DNA of 64,000 nt from Thermoflexus hugenholtzii (GCF_018771565.1 NZ_CP076326.1:2733785-2797784); one strand, 5' to 3'. Numbered from the stretch's first letter, positions 53,432-62,691 are shown. The notes: a model not told the origin generated them from the letters alone. Numbers and translations: made by a program.

Positions 53432-55711
53432 ATGTCCGGAATAGAACGCCGCTGGACCCTGCAGCAAGCGCTGACCCGACTGTTCCTGGAGCTGACCCGA
53501 GCCCATCCCCGAATGGAACCGATGATGGCCGCCGGGCTGGAGATCGTGGTCGGCGCCCTGGATCTCCCAATGGGGATCCTGGAGTTCCGTCCCCGCCCGG
53601 AAGGCCCTGTTCTCCGGATTTTCCGGGGACTCCCGGAGGAGTCCGCCGGCGCCCTCCTGGCGGCGCTCCGGGACCTCACCTCGGATCGGCCCGTGTGGGT
53701 GCGGGATGTGGAGGAGGCTCCCCCCATGCTCCGGGAGGCGCTACGGGCCGCCGGCCTGGGCGCGGCCGCGGGCCTCCCCATGGGCGGGGGTCCGGGATGG
53801 GCCGGAGGCCTGATCCTCGGGAGCCCGAAGCCCCGGACCTGGGGAGCGGAGGAGCGGGAGTTCCTGGAAGGCGCGGTCCAGGCCATCGGGCTGGCCCTGG
53901 AGCGGGCGGCCCTGCATCAGGCCGCTGCCCGCCAGGCGGAGGAGCTGGCTTTCCTGAACCGTTTGGCCCTCCGGGCCAACCGCGCCCAGGATCTCTACGA
54001 GCTCTTTGCGAGCGTCCTCACCGAGCTGGTCCAGCTGATGGGCGCGGATCGGGGAGCCGTCGCGCTGATCGCCTCCTCCGGCGATCACCTCGTCGTGGTG
54101 ACGGAATACAACCCCGTCGGCACGCCTTCCGGCCTGGGCGAGCGCATCCCCATCCCGGACAACCCTTCCATGGCCTGGATCCTGCAGGAGCGCCGTCCCC
54201 TCGCGATCGAGGATGTGCAGACGGATCCCCGCATCGCTCCCGTGCGCGCGATGCTGAAGCGCGTCGGGGTGCGCTCCATGCTTCTGGTCCCTTTGTGGAT
54301 CGGGGAGTGGATCGTGGGCACCCTGGGGATCGACTACGTCCGCGAGCCGCACGTGTTCACCCCGGAGGAGATCCGCCTGGCGGAAACCGCCGCCCATCAG
54401 CTGGCAGACGCCCTCAAACGCTTCCGGATGATCCACATCCTGCAGGCTCAGGCGGATCGGCTACACGTGCTGTATCAGACCGCCCGGGCGCTGGCGGAGC
54501 TTCAGGACCTGCCCGCTCTCCTGACCCGGGCCCTGGAGGAGATCCTGGCCCACCTCCCGGCTGACGGCGCCAGCGTCTACGTGGTGGATCCGGCGGATCC
54601 GGATGTGTTGCGCGCGGTAGTCGCGCTCGGGTATTCCACCGTGCCGATGGTTCGTCTTTCCTCTCAGGCGGCTGAGGAAACCATCACCGCCCAGATCGCG
54701 ATCCGGGGCGAGCCGGTGTGGGTGGAGGAATGCGATCGATATCCTTATCCCCCGATCACCCGGCGGATCCTCATTCAGGAGGGGATCCGCAGCCACGCGG
54801 CCCTCCCGCTACGGCGGGGCGCCACGCTCCTCGGAGTGCTCCACGTGGTGTGGCGAAGGCCGCGGGCCATGGATCCGGAGACCCGGGATCTGCTGGAGAG
54901 CCTGGCGGATTTGCTGGCGACGGGGATCCACAGCGCCCGGGTGTTCGAGGCGCTGCAGCGAGCCCTGGCGCAGCGGGAGACGCTGAACCGGGCCCTGGAG
55001 GAGGCGCTGACGGCCCGGGAGCAGATGATCCAGAACGTCTCCCACGAGCTGCGCACCCCCCTCGCCGTGGCGCTGGGGTATCTGGAGCTGCTCGCGGAGG
55101 GTGCCCTCGGTCCGTTGAGCGCATCTCAGCAGGAAGCGGTGGCCATCGCCCGGGAGCGGCTGGGCCAGCTCCACCGCTATATTGAGCTCCTGCTCACTCT
55201 GCAAACCGTGCGGGGCGCTCCCCAGCTCCACCGGCCCCTGGATCTGCGTCGGCTGGTGGAGGCCGTCGCTCGTATGATCCGGGCGCGCCCGGATCCCGAA
55301 AAGAACCCCTTCGAAGTCCGGCTCCCGGCCGAGGCGGTGTGGGTGGTCGGGGACGCGGAAGCGCTGGCGCATGCGATCGGAGAACTGCTGGACAACGCCT
55401 TCAAGTTCTCCCCTCCAGGCGGACGGGTGGAACTGGAGCTGGCCTCAGAGGGTGGGATCGCCCGGGTGATCATACGGGATGAGGGGATCGGGATTCCGAT
55501 CGAGTCCCTCTCGCGGGTGGGGGAGCCGTTCTATCAGGTGGATGGAGGGACCACCCGGCGGTTCGGAGGGATGGGCATTGGGCTGGCGGTGGCCCGGAGC
55601 GTGGCGGAAGCCCACGGCGGCCGCCTGCGCCTGCACCCCCGCGCGCCGCGGGGCGTGGAAGCCGTCCTGGAGATCCCCCTCAGCGGATCTCCGGAGGGAT
55701 CTGCCGCGTAA
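53432..55711 (+). CDS. Sensor histidine kinase with three tandem GAF-like domains (cytoplasmic)
   Basis: The HisKA domain reads 'MIQNVSHELRTPLAVALGYLELL'. The HATPase motifs are 'LLDNAFKFSPPGGRV', 'DEGIGIP' and 'GGMGIGLAVARSVAEAHGG'. Three ~150 aa GAF-like repeats precede them. No TM segment was seen. Confidence 0.85.
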   Translation: MSGIERRWTLQQALTRLFLELTRAHPRMEPMMAAGLEIVVGALDLPMGILEFRPRPEGPVLRIFRGLPEESAGALLAALRDLTSDRPVWVRDVEEAPPMLREALRAAGLGAAAGLPMGGGPGWAGGLILGSPKPRTWGAEEREFLEGAVQAIGLALERAALHQAAARQAEELAFLNRLALRANRAQDLYELFASVLTELVQLMGADRGAVALIASSGDHLVVVTEYNPVGTPSGLGERIPIPDNPSMAWILQERRPLAIEDVQTDPRIAPVRAMLKRVGVRSMLLVPLWIGEWIVGTLGIDYVREPHVFTPEEIRLAETAAHQLADALKRFRMIHILQAQADRLHVLYQTARALAELQDLPALLTRALEEILAHLPADGASVYVVDPADPDVLRAVVALGYSTVPMVRLSSQAAEETITAQIAIRGEPVWVEECDRYPYPPITRRILIQEGIRSHAALPLRRGATLLGVLHVVWRRPRAMDPETRDLLESLADLLATGIHSARVFEALQRALAQRETLNRALEEALTAREQMIQNVSHELRTPLAVALGYLELLAEGALGPLSASQQEAVAIARERLGQLHRYIELLLTLQTVRGAPQLHRPLDLRRLVEAVARMIRARPDPEKNPFEVRLPAEAVWVVGDAEALAHAIGELLDNAFKFSPPGGRVELELASEGGIARVIIRDEGIGIPIESLSRVGEPFYQVDGGTTRRFGGMGIGLAVARSVAEAHGGRLRLHPRAPRGVEAVLEIPLSGSPEGSAA

Positions 55712-57134
55712 GAGGCGGGGAAGGGGGCGCCATCCGCATCCGACGGAGCCCGCGCAACAGCAGCAGCCCCTCCAGCCCGATCGCCAGGCTGTTGGCGAGG
55801 GCGGGTCCGGAAGGACCCAGGGCATGGGCGAAAAGAGGGGCCATCCCGAGATAGGCCGCCGTCCCGATGGCAGCCGCCGCGAGAGGCCGGAGGAAATCAT
55901 GTCGGGCGTAGAAGGCCCGGGCGGCCAGCTCGGCGATGGTGTAGGTCAGCAGCCCGGGAGCGAACATCCGCAGCGCCGCCCCCACGGCTTCCACCGACGC
56001 CTCGCCGAAGGCGCCCCGGGCCAGCATCGTCCGCACCAGGGTCTCTCCGCCGAACCAGAGCGCCCCGCCGGCCAGGAGGCTGAGCCCCCCTGCGACCCGC
56101 AGGGTCCGGACCAGATCCTGCCGCAGGGCCTCCGGGTCGCCCCGGGCGGCGTGAGCGGAAAGGGTCGGGAGGAGCACCGTGGCCAGGCTGGTGCTGATGA
56201 GGGTCTGGGGGACCTGCATCAGGCGCCAGGCGTAGGCGAGGGCGGCCACCGCCCCGGGTGCCATGCCGCCCACCAGCCGATAGCCCCAGGCGATCTGAAA
56301 ATACGCCAGGGCGACGATCAGGCCCCGCAGCAGGAGCAGGCGTCCCGCCTGCCGCAGGCCCGGATGCCGAAGGTCCACCGCCCAGGCCCAGGGCCAGCGG
56401 CGCAGCCCCGGCAGCAGGCTGAGGTTATGAAGAAAGGCCCCCAGGATCACCCCCCAGGCCAGCCCGACGATGCCCAGGGGGGCGGCCAGGGCCAGCGCCC
56501 CCAGGATCGGCCCGGCGTCCGCCAGCACCGAGCCCAGGGCCGGCCATGCGAAGCGGCGGGCGGTGTGGAGCACCGCCGTCAGCACCCCGCTGAGCCCGAA
56601 GAGCACCGTCCCGATCCAGAGGATCCGCAGCAAACGAATGGCCACCTCCTGTCCCTCAGGGGGAAGGCCGGGTCCGAAGACCCGGCAGACCCAGAAGGGC
56701 GCGCTCCCGGCGATGAGCAGGCCGGCCAGGGTCAGACCGATCAGGGTGAGAAGGGCCGCCGTGGTGGCCAGGCGGGCGGCTTCATGGGGATCGCGCAGGG
56801 AGAGCGCGGTGAGCACCGGCACCAGAACCACCGCCAGGGTTCCCCCGGTGAACAGGAAGAGGAAGTCCGGCATCACCATGGCGACGTCGAAAGCGCTCTT
56901 CTCCAGCCCGGTCCCGAAGCGGGCGGCGACCACGATTTGAGCCAGGAAGCCAGTGAGCTTCCCCGCCAGCCCCAGGCCGGCCACCACGGCCGCCGGCTGC
57001 AGGATCTGACGAAGAAACCGGAGGGTGCCGGCATCCAGGAAAGGCGCGATGCGCCACAGGCCTTCCGCCCACTCCCCGAAGCCTTCCCGAGAGGTCGGAT
57101 CGCACCGCCGTTCCGGCCTTCCTCCCGATCCCAT
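55680..57134 (-). CDS. Second MurJ/MOP-superfamily flippase paralog
   Basis: 'GKLTGFLAQIVVAARFGTGLEKSAFDVAMVMPDFLFLFTGGTLAVVLVP' is MurJ-like. About 12-14 TM segments. The 3' end overlaps the kinase 3' end by 32 nt, in convergent orientation. The start is uncertain. Confidence 0.7.
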   Translation of the reverse strand: MGSGGRPERRCDPTSREGFGEWAEGLWRIAPFLDAGTLRFLRQILQPAAVVAGLGLAGKLTGFLAQIVVAARFGTGLEKSAFDVAMVMPDFLFLFTGGTLAVVLVPVLTALSLRDPHEAARLATTAALLTLIGLTLAGLLIAGSAPFWVCRVFGPGLPPEGQEVAIRLLRILWIGTVLFGLSGVLTAVLHTARRFAWPALGSVLADAGPILGALALAAPLGIVGLAWGVILGAFLHNLSLLPGLRRWPWAWAVDLRHPGLRQAGRLLLLRGLIVALAYFQIAWGYRLVGGMAPGAVAALAYAWRLMQVPQTLISTSLATVLLPTLSAHAARGDPEALRQDLVRTLRVAGGLSLLAGGALWFGGETLVRTMLARGAFGEASVEAVGAALRMFAPGLLTYTIAELAARAFYARHDFLRPLAAAAIGTAAYLGMAPLFAHALGPSGPALANSLAIGLEGLLLLRGLRRMRMAPPSPPLTRQIPPEIR

Positions 57135-57182
57135 CCCCCACCTCCCGGCACGATCCCGCGGGATCGATCCCCCCGCCGCGCC

Positions 57183-58106
57183 TCACTTCCACGGCTCGGC
57201 GTAAAAGTCCAGATACGCCTCCAGCGCCCCGGCCCACAGGGCATCGTCGTGGCCCCCCGGATGGATCTCGAAGCGCACAGAGGCCCCGCGCCCCTGCAGG
57301 ATCTCCGCCAGCTGCCGGGCCCCCTCCAGCGCCCAGTCCGCATCCCCGGCGTCCAGGTAGATCCGGAGTCCCAGCAGGTCGGCTTCCTGGGCGAGAATGA
57401 GAGGATCATACGCCGGCGGGGCAGCGTTCACGCTCAGAGCGGGGCTGTGTCCCCCGACGCTGGCGAAGGCCTCGGGATGGCGCAGGGCGATCTCCAGGGC
57501 CCACACCCCGCCCCGCGAGATCCCCCCGATGGCCCGGGCCCACCGCGCCGGCATCGCCGGGTAACGCGCCTCGACCTCCGGGATCAGCGCCTCCATCACC
57601 ACGGCCTCCACCGAGCCGGGCCCGCCGCTGGTCCCCAGGTATAGATCGTCCGGGAAGCCCGGCAGCACGATGAGGAAGGGCGGCCAGCGGCGGACGCCGA
57701 TCCCTGCCGCCATCGCCTCATCGATGCCCAGCTGGTCCCAGTGCCGGTGATCATAGGGATACCCATGCAGGAGATACAGGGTCGGATACCGGTGCCCGGG
57801 ATCCAGGCAGGGAGGCAGGTAAACCTGATAAGGGATCTCCAGCCCCAGGGTGGGGATCGGAAGAGAGGCGCGCTCCCAGCGGCCGGGCGTGCAGGTCGGC
57901 GTGGGCGCAGGCGTTGAGGTGGGCGTTGCCGTGGGTGTGGAGGTTGGAGTCGGCGACGGCGTCGCCGTGGGCACGGGCGTGGGTGTGGGAGGCGGCCAGG
58001 TGGGAAGCGCCATCCGCGCCCGAGGCCCTCCGAGAAGCGCCAGGTTCAACAGGAGCAGCAATCCAACGAGCGCCAGCCAGGGATCTTTCCGCATCTCCTC
58101 TTTCAT
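57183..58106 (-). CDS. Secreted alpha/beta-fold esterase (putative esterase / esterase D family)
   Basis: An N-terminal TM or signal segment and a Pro-Thr linker come first. 'YPTLYLLHGYPYDHRHWD' and 'IGGISRGGVWAL' (GxSxG-type nucleophile elbow) follow. Confidence 0.7.
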   Translation of the reverse strand: MKEEMRKDPWLALVGLLLLLNLALLGGPRARMALPTWPPPTPTPVPTATPSPTPTSTPTATPTSTPAPTPTCTPGRWERASLPIPTLGLEIPYQVYLPPCLDPGHRYPTLYLLHGYPYDHRHWDQLGIDEAMAAGIGVRRWPPFLIVLPGFPDDLYLGTSGGPGSVEAVVMEALIPEVEARYPAMPARWARAIGGISRGGVWALEIALRHPEAFASVGGHSPALSVNAAPPAYDPLILAQEADLLGLRIYLDAGDADWALEGARQLAEILQGRGASVRFEIHPGGHDDALWAGALEAYLDFYAEPWK

Positions 58107-58149
58107 CCGGGGCCGGGATCTTTTTTCCGGGGTTCGCGTGGCTCGCTCT

Positions 58150-59112
58150 TCAACGGACCACGGCGCCGGGGAGCCCGGCGCGCGCGTCCTCGATGCGGAT
58201 CCGCCAGCGAAGATCCAGGGGCTCCGGCAGTCGATCCGGCGGGAAGAACCCCACCTCCAGGGATTCCGCTCCATCGGCCTGGAGGTGCCCTCCGATGATG
58301 CGCGCCTCGAAGCAAGCCACCACCGGCTGGGAGCGATCCCCGTTCGGGTAGGTGAACGTCCACGCCGGATCCGTATAGAGGCCGGTCAGGCGGAGGGGCT
58401 CCACCTCCAGGCCGGTTTCCTCCCACACCTCCCGGACCAGGGTTTGATCGATGCGCTCGCCGATCTCCATGATCCCCCCGGGGAGGCCCCATTCCCCGTT
58501 GTCCTCGCGGCGCTGGAGGAGGATCTCCCCCCGATCGTTGAAGATCACCGCGCTGGTGGCGGGGACGACCAGGGGGGCGGAGCCCACCCGCGCCCGCAGG
58601 CGCCGGATGGTCTCGCCCGGTCGTGAAGCGAGGCGGCCGGGGGCGCCGGTCCGAAAGGCGGCGGCGGGATCGTGGCGACGGAAATCGGCGATCATCGCCG
58701 CATACCAGGGGGGAAGGGGCGGCAGCTCCGCCAGGGACACCCAGTCCAGGGCCAGGGATTCCCGTCCGTCCGGGCGCAGGGTGCCCCCTGCGGGACGGGC
58801 CAGAAAGCAAGCGGTCACCGGGTGGACGACGTCGCCGTTCGGGTAGCGCACCATAAACTCCGGGGACGTGTAGAGGCCGATCAATCGCTCCACGCGGATG
58901 GAGAGGCCGGTCTCCTCCCGGACCTCCCGGTGGAGGGCCTGGAGGAGGGACTCGCCGGGCTCCATCACCCCGCCGGGGAGCCCCCAGGCCTCGAAGTCGG
59001 CCCGGCGCTGCAGCAGGATCCGTCCGGCCTCGTCGACGATGAGGGCGGTCGCGTAGACCAGCCAGACCGGCTCCGGGCCGATCCGCTCCCGTAGCCAGCG
59101 GATGTAATCCAT
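58150..59112 (-). CDS. Tandem double-Nudix hydrolase
   Basis: Two Nudix boxes: 'GLPGGVMEPGESLLQALHREVREETGL' and 'GLPGGIMEIGERIDQTLVREVWEETGL'. Confidence 0.85.
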   Translation of the reverse strand: MDYIRWLRERIGPEPVWLVYATALIVDEAGRILLQRRADFEAWGLPGGVMEPGESLLQALHREVREETGLSIRVERLIGLYTSPEFMVRYPNGDVVHPVTACFLARPAGGTLRPDGRESLALDWVSLAELPPLPPWYAAMIADFRRHDPAAAFRTGAPGRLASRPGETIRRLRARVGSAPLVVPATSAVIFNDRGEILLQRREDNGEWGLPGGIMEIGERIDQTLVREVWEETGLEVEPLRLTGLYTDPAWTFTYPNGDRSQPVVACFEARIIGGHLQADGAESLEVGFFPPDRLPEPLDLRWRIRIEDARAGLPGAVVR

Positions 59113-59169
59113 CGCGGCGCAGGCCTCCTCGGTAAAGCAAATCGGGCGCGGCCTCTGCCGCGCCCGGGA

Positions 59170-59248
59170 TGGTGGCCCCGGCGGGATTTGAACCCGCGAT
59201 CTCTGCCTTGAGAGGGCAGCGTCCTAAACCGGGCTAGACGACGGGGCC
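59170..59248 (-). tRNA. tRNA-Glu (anticodon CUC), CCA encoded
   Basis: The reverse complement reads GGCCCCGUCGUCUAGCCCGGUUUAGGACGCUGCCCUCUCAAGGCAGAGAUCGCGGGUUCAAAUCCCGCCGGGGCCACCA. The acceptor stem pairs GGCCCCG with CGGGGCC. The anticodon stem pairs CUGCC with GGCAG, with loop CU-CUC-AA. The T arm is GCGGG-UUCAAAU-CCCGC. Confidence 0.92.
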
Positions 59249-59268
59249 ACGGTCCTTGCATTTCAATC

Positions 59269-60234
59269 TTACCGTGGGAGCCTTCCTCCGTCAAGACGGA
59301 GCGACCCGGAGGCGCGGAGGCTCGTGCCCCCGCACGCCGGATGGAGACGGGTCACCGCATCGATGCGGCGGCCGTCCACCGTGATGAACTCGAAGGTGAT
59401 CCGGCACGCGTTCGCCTCCACCCGCATCGCCCCATGCTGGGCCCAATAGCGAACCCGGCTGCCGGGGACCGGGGCGCGGAAAGGGTAACGAGCGGGATGG
59501 CCGCCCAGCCCGTTGACAAAGTAGAGGACCCCGTCCCGTTCGATCCGTTCGTAGACGTGGTCGTGCCCGGCGAGGACGGCGGCGACCCCCCAGGCGGCGA
59601 AGGGCCACTGGAGGGCGGGGGTGGAGCCGTGCAGGCCCGAGGAGTAAGGGGGGTGATGCATCACCACGAGGCGCCACGGCGCATCGGAGGCCTTCAATCG
59701 TTCCGCCAGCCAGCGGGCCTGGCGGGAGTCCGCGGTGATCCCGTCGGGCTCGTGAGGATCGCTGTCCAGGAGGAACAGGTGCACCGGACCCCAGCGGACG
59801 TCGTAATAACGCTCGTTGCCGGGCAGGTCGAAATATTCGAGATAGGGCCGCGCGCCGGCGGCCGCCCAGTCGTGGTTGCCCAGGACGGGGAAGAAGCGGT
59901 TGCGGTCGGCGCCCGGGCCGTAGCGGCCCCGGTAAGGGGCGATGAACGTGTGGTAATACTGCCCGATGTTCGCATCGATGGTCCGAGCTTCCCCGCGCGG
60001 GTAGTTGTTGTCCCCGGTGGTGACGATGAAATCGGGATTCCAGCCGCGGACCAGCCGGGCCACGGCCTCGGCGGCCGGACCGGCCTGCCCGTAGTCGCCG
60101 ATCACGGCGAAGCGCACGGATGGGGTCGGTGTCGGGGCTTGGGGCGCTCGATCCCCCGCCGAACCACGGGGATCGGCGAAGGCCAGCGCCCCGAGCAGGA
60201 GCAGCCCGAACCCTATTCGCTTCCACACGCGCAT
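59269..60234 (-). CDS. Secreted metallophosphoesterase (calcineurin-like)
   Basis: Signal peptide, then 'FAVIGDYG', 'VTTGDNNY', 'VLGNHDW', 'VVMHHPPYSS' and 'VLAGHDHVYER', the canonical metallophosphoesterase motif series. Confidence 0.85.
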   Translation of the reverse strand: MRVWKRIGFGLLLLGALAFADPRGSAGDRAPQAPTPTPSVRFAVIGDYGQAGPAAEAVARLVRGWNPDFIVTTGDNNYPRGEARTIDANIGQYYHTFIAPYRGRYGPGADRNRFFPVLGNHDWAAAGARPYLEYFDLPGNERYYDVRWGPVHLFLLDSDPHEPDGITADSRQARWLAERLKASDAPWRLVVMHHPPYSSGLHGSTPALQWPFAAWGVAAVLAGHDHVYERIERDGVLYFVNGLGGHPARYPFRAPVPGSRVRYWAQHGAMRVEANACRITFEFITVDGRRIDAVTRLHPACGGTSLRASGSLRLDGGRLPR

Positions 60235-60303
60235 AGATCCTGTCTCTCTAGATCCATCGGCCGAGGGTTGCGCTTTTTTTCGTAACAGACCGTTAAGGGT
60301 CCA

Positions 60304-61227
60304 TTAGTTACGAGTTGTCTCCATGCTTTTATAGAGAAGGCATTTCACCAACGAATCTCGGAGAGTTTGGCTAAAAGGAGCTGTTACATGATCCGCTCCT
60401 GGTATGAGGATGAACGTGCAGGGCACATTGGCGCAGAGGTTCTCTGCGGATCCCCTTAAGGGATCCCGTTCGCCAACTATGACGCAAATCGGAACCCTCA
60501 AATGGGCCAAATCTTCTCGAGATACAGCAATTTCGGGCAAAGCTTCCACCATGGCAGCTAGTGCCAGAGGATCGTTGAAATAGCGTGTCATCAGCATAAC
60601 GAATGTGGTATGGAGAACCCCAGGCTTACGTCGAGCCTCGGGCCAAGCAGCGCTGAGAGGTCCAATCGCCCGGCCTGCCCGGAGCTGCTGAGCGATAGCT
60701 TCCAGGGACTGTTGAAAATCCCTTTCTTCAGGATTGGCCCATCCTGCGCCCATTATGCTAAGGGTACGCACCCGCTGGGGATACAACACGGCAAATTTCA
60801 GGACGAGGAAGCCTCCGAGCGAATAACCGACCAGGTGAGCGCTTTGGATCCCCAATTCATCCATCAACGCGGCGATGTCTTTCACCATCTCCAAACCATA
60901 GGCCTCTGGGCTATGGGGCTTATCGCTCAAGCCATGCCCGCGCAAGTCCATGGCGATCACTCGAAAATGAGCTTTAAGTTCATTGTGAATTCCAGGCAAC
61001 CGCCAGTTTAAATCAGCGTTGGTAGCGAATCCATGGACTAAGATAACGGGCTCCCCTGCTCCCTCATCCGTATAATGAAGGTGGATGTTGTTGACTTCCA
61101 CATATTGGCCGACTACACGGTGGGTTAGCTTGAAGTAAAAGTAGAGGGAGCTTATTGCGACCGCTAGAATCAAAGTTAAGAACAGCAAGACTCCCGAAGT
61201 CCAGCGCTTCCGGATTTTGCTCTTCAT
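60304..61227 (-). CDS. Membrane-anchored alpha/beta hydrolase (low-G+C gene)
   Basis: N-terminal TM segment 'GVLLFLTLILAVAISSLYFYF'. 'VILVHGF' is present, the nucleophile elbow reads 'LVGYSLGG', and the C-terminus has 'GADHV'. Composition is visibly more AT-rich than every neighbouring gene. Confidence 0.8.
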   Translation of the reverse strand: MKSKIRKRWTSGVLLFLTLILAVAISSLYFYFKLTHRVVGQYVEVNNIHLHYTDEGAGEPVILVHGFATNADLNWRLPGIHNELKAHFRVIAMDLRGHGLSDKPHSPEAYGLEMVKDIAALMDELGIQSAHLVGYSLGGFLVLKFAVLYPQRVRTLSIMGAGWANPEERDFQQSLEAIAQQLRAGRAIGPLSAAWPEARRKPGVLHTTFVMLMTRYFNDPLALAAMVEALPEIAVSREDLAHLRVPICVIVGERDPLRGSAENLCANVPCTFILIPGADHVTAPFSQTLRDSLVKCLLYKSMETTRN

Positions 61228-61390
61228 TTTCCTCGTTCCTCAACGAGACCTGCAGCCTCTGGTGGGATATATCTTCCCTGAGAGAAGATTTCAACGGAGG
61301 CCAGGACGCGCTATTGCTTTATGTGTCAGAGGGCGGTCTGCTAAGCACCCCTCGGGTGAGAAAGGTGAGCACAGCCCGGGAAAGCGGCTT

Positions 61391-62653
61391 TCACGGGCCC
61401 TCAATAAGCACCCGGTGAGGATCCACCCGGTTGTTCAGCGGGGCGATCTCCACGTCCTCGTGGATCAGGCCGGCCCAGAAATACAGGGGGTTGCGGGGTG
61501 GCACGTAGGTGATCCGGATGCAGCCGGTCACGATGGCCGTTCGGCCCGCCGGCAGATAGTAATACGGCCGGCCGTCGATGATCCGCACCTCGAGATCCTC
61601 CGGGCGGCCCACCGCCCAGCGGAAGGGGTAGTTGCGCAGGGAGGTGTCGAAGTCGATGCCCACCCGCCAGGCCCCGGATTCCTCGGCCCAGCCCTCCGGC
61701 CGCCCCGGCTGCGGCGTGTTGAAGGTCTGATCCAGATCATAACAGGTCCCGGGGGGCGGCCCGCTGGTCCGGATCGGAACCGCCCCGTAGTTATGCACCG
61801 TCAGCGTGAAATAGAGGAAGCCGCCGAGGTTGACCGGGATGTAATCCCCGGTCCCTGCGGAGATGTCCGAACGGAACTCCACCCGTCCGTTGAGGATCTC
61901 CGCCCGCGGCACTCCGCCCTCGCGGATGGTCAGGGTTCCGGTGACCACATCCCGAAGCCCCAGGGCGTCCTCCGCCACCGCGTAGACCGTGTAGGTTCCG
62001 TCGGGGGGCGGCTCCTGGCCTCGATCGACGCCGGCGTCGTAGTCGAAGATGTGGCATCCCTCCTCGCCGGGCTTGCGCAGCTGCACCTCCTTGCGGGGGA
62101 CCGGGTAACGGACGCCGTCGGCGCCCTCCAGGTAGACGAGGATCTGGGCCGGTCGGTTGATGCAAACGTTGATGGTCGCCCGGTCGCTCAACCCGTCCCG
62201 GTTGGGGGTGAACTCGGGGGGCGAGATGCTGAAGCCGGTGATGCGGAGAGCCTGAGGGTGCGATCCGCTCACGGTGAGGGTGCCGGTGATCTGCGCCGTC
62301 TCCGATCCGTCCCGGGCCTCCACCACCCAGGTGTAATGGCCGTCGGGGAGCAGCTGGTTCTCCACCACCCCGTTGAACAGGACCTCATATTCCCCCCGAG
62401 GCCGGGGTTGTTCCCGCCGGAAGTAGCGGGGGGTCCCGTCCGGGCCCACGAAATAGATCGAGACGATGGCGTTCCGACCCAGCGCGTAACGGATCGCCAC
62501 CACCTCGTTCCGGCCGTCCCCATCCGGAGTCAGGAGATCCGGCTGGATCGTGGCGGAGCGCAGCAACGGGGCCGGCCGGCATGCGGACAGGGCGAGCAAC
62601 AGCCCGATCAGACCGAACCATCGTCCGAAGCGCCGCATCTCAGGAACGCGCAT
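61391..62653 (-). CDS. Lipoprotein with repeated Ig-like (FlgD-Ig-like) segments, unknown function
   Basis: 'FGLIGLLLALSAC' is a lipobox. The pattern 'L(T/S)P(D/N)GDG.N(E/D)...I.Y.L' recurs ('LLTPDGDGRNEVVAIRYAL', 'FTPNRDGLSDRATINVCI'). Confidence 0.6.
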   Translation of the reverse strand: MRVPEMRRFGRWFGLIGLLLALSACRPAPLLRSATIQPDLLTPDGDGRNEVVAIRYALGRNAIVSIYFVGPDGTPRYFRREQPRPRGEYEVLFNGVVENQLLPDGHYTWVVEARDGSETAQITGTLTVSGSHPQALRITGFSISPPEFTPNRDGLSDRATINVCINRPAQILVYLEGADGVRYPVPRKEVQLRKPGEEGCHIFDYDAGVDRGQEPPPDGTYTVYAVAEDALGLRDVVTGTLTIREGGVPRAEILNGRVEFRSDISAGTGDYIPVNLGGFLYFTLTVHNYGAVPIRTSGPPPGTCYDLDQTFNTPQPGRPEGWAEESGAWRVGIDFDTSLRNYPFRWAVGRPEDLEVRIIDGRPYYYLPAGRTAIVTGCIRITYVPPRNPLYFWAGLIHEDVEIAPLNNRVDPHRVLIEGP

Positions 62654-62691
62654 AGCCTCCGGTCCTCATGAGGATCAATCCCGGATGATGT

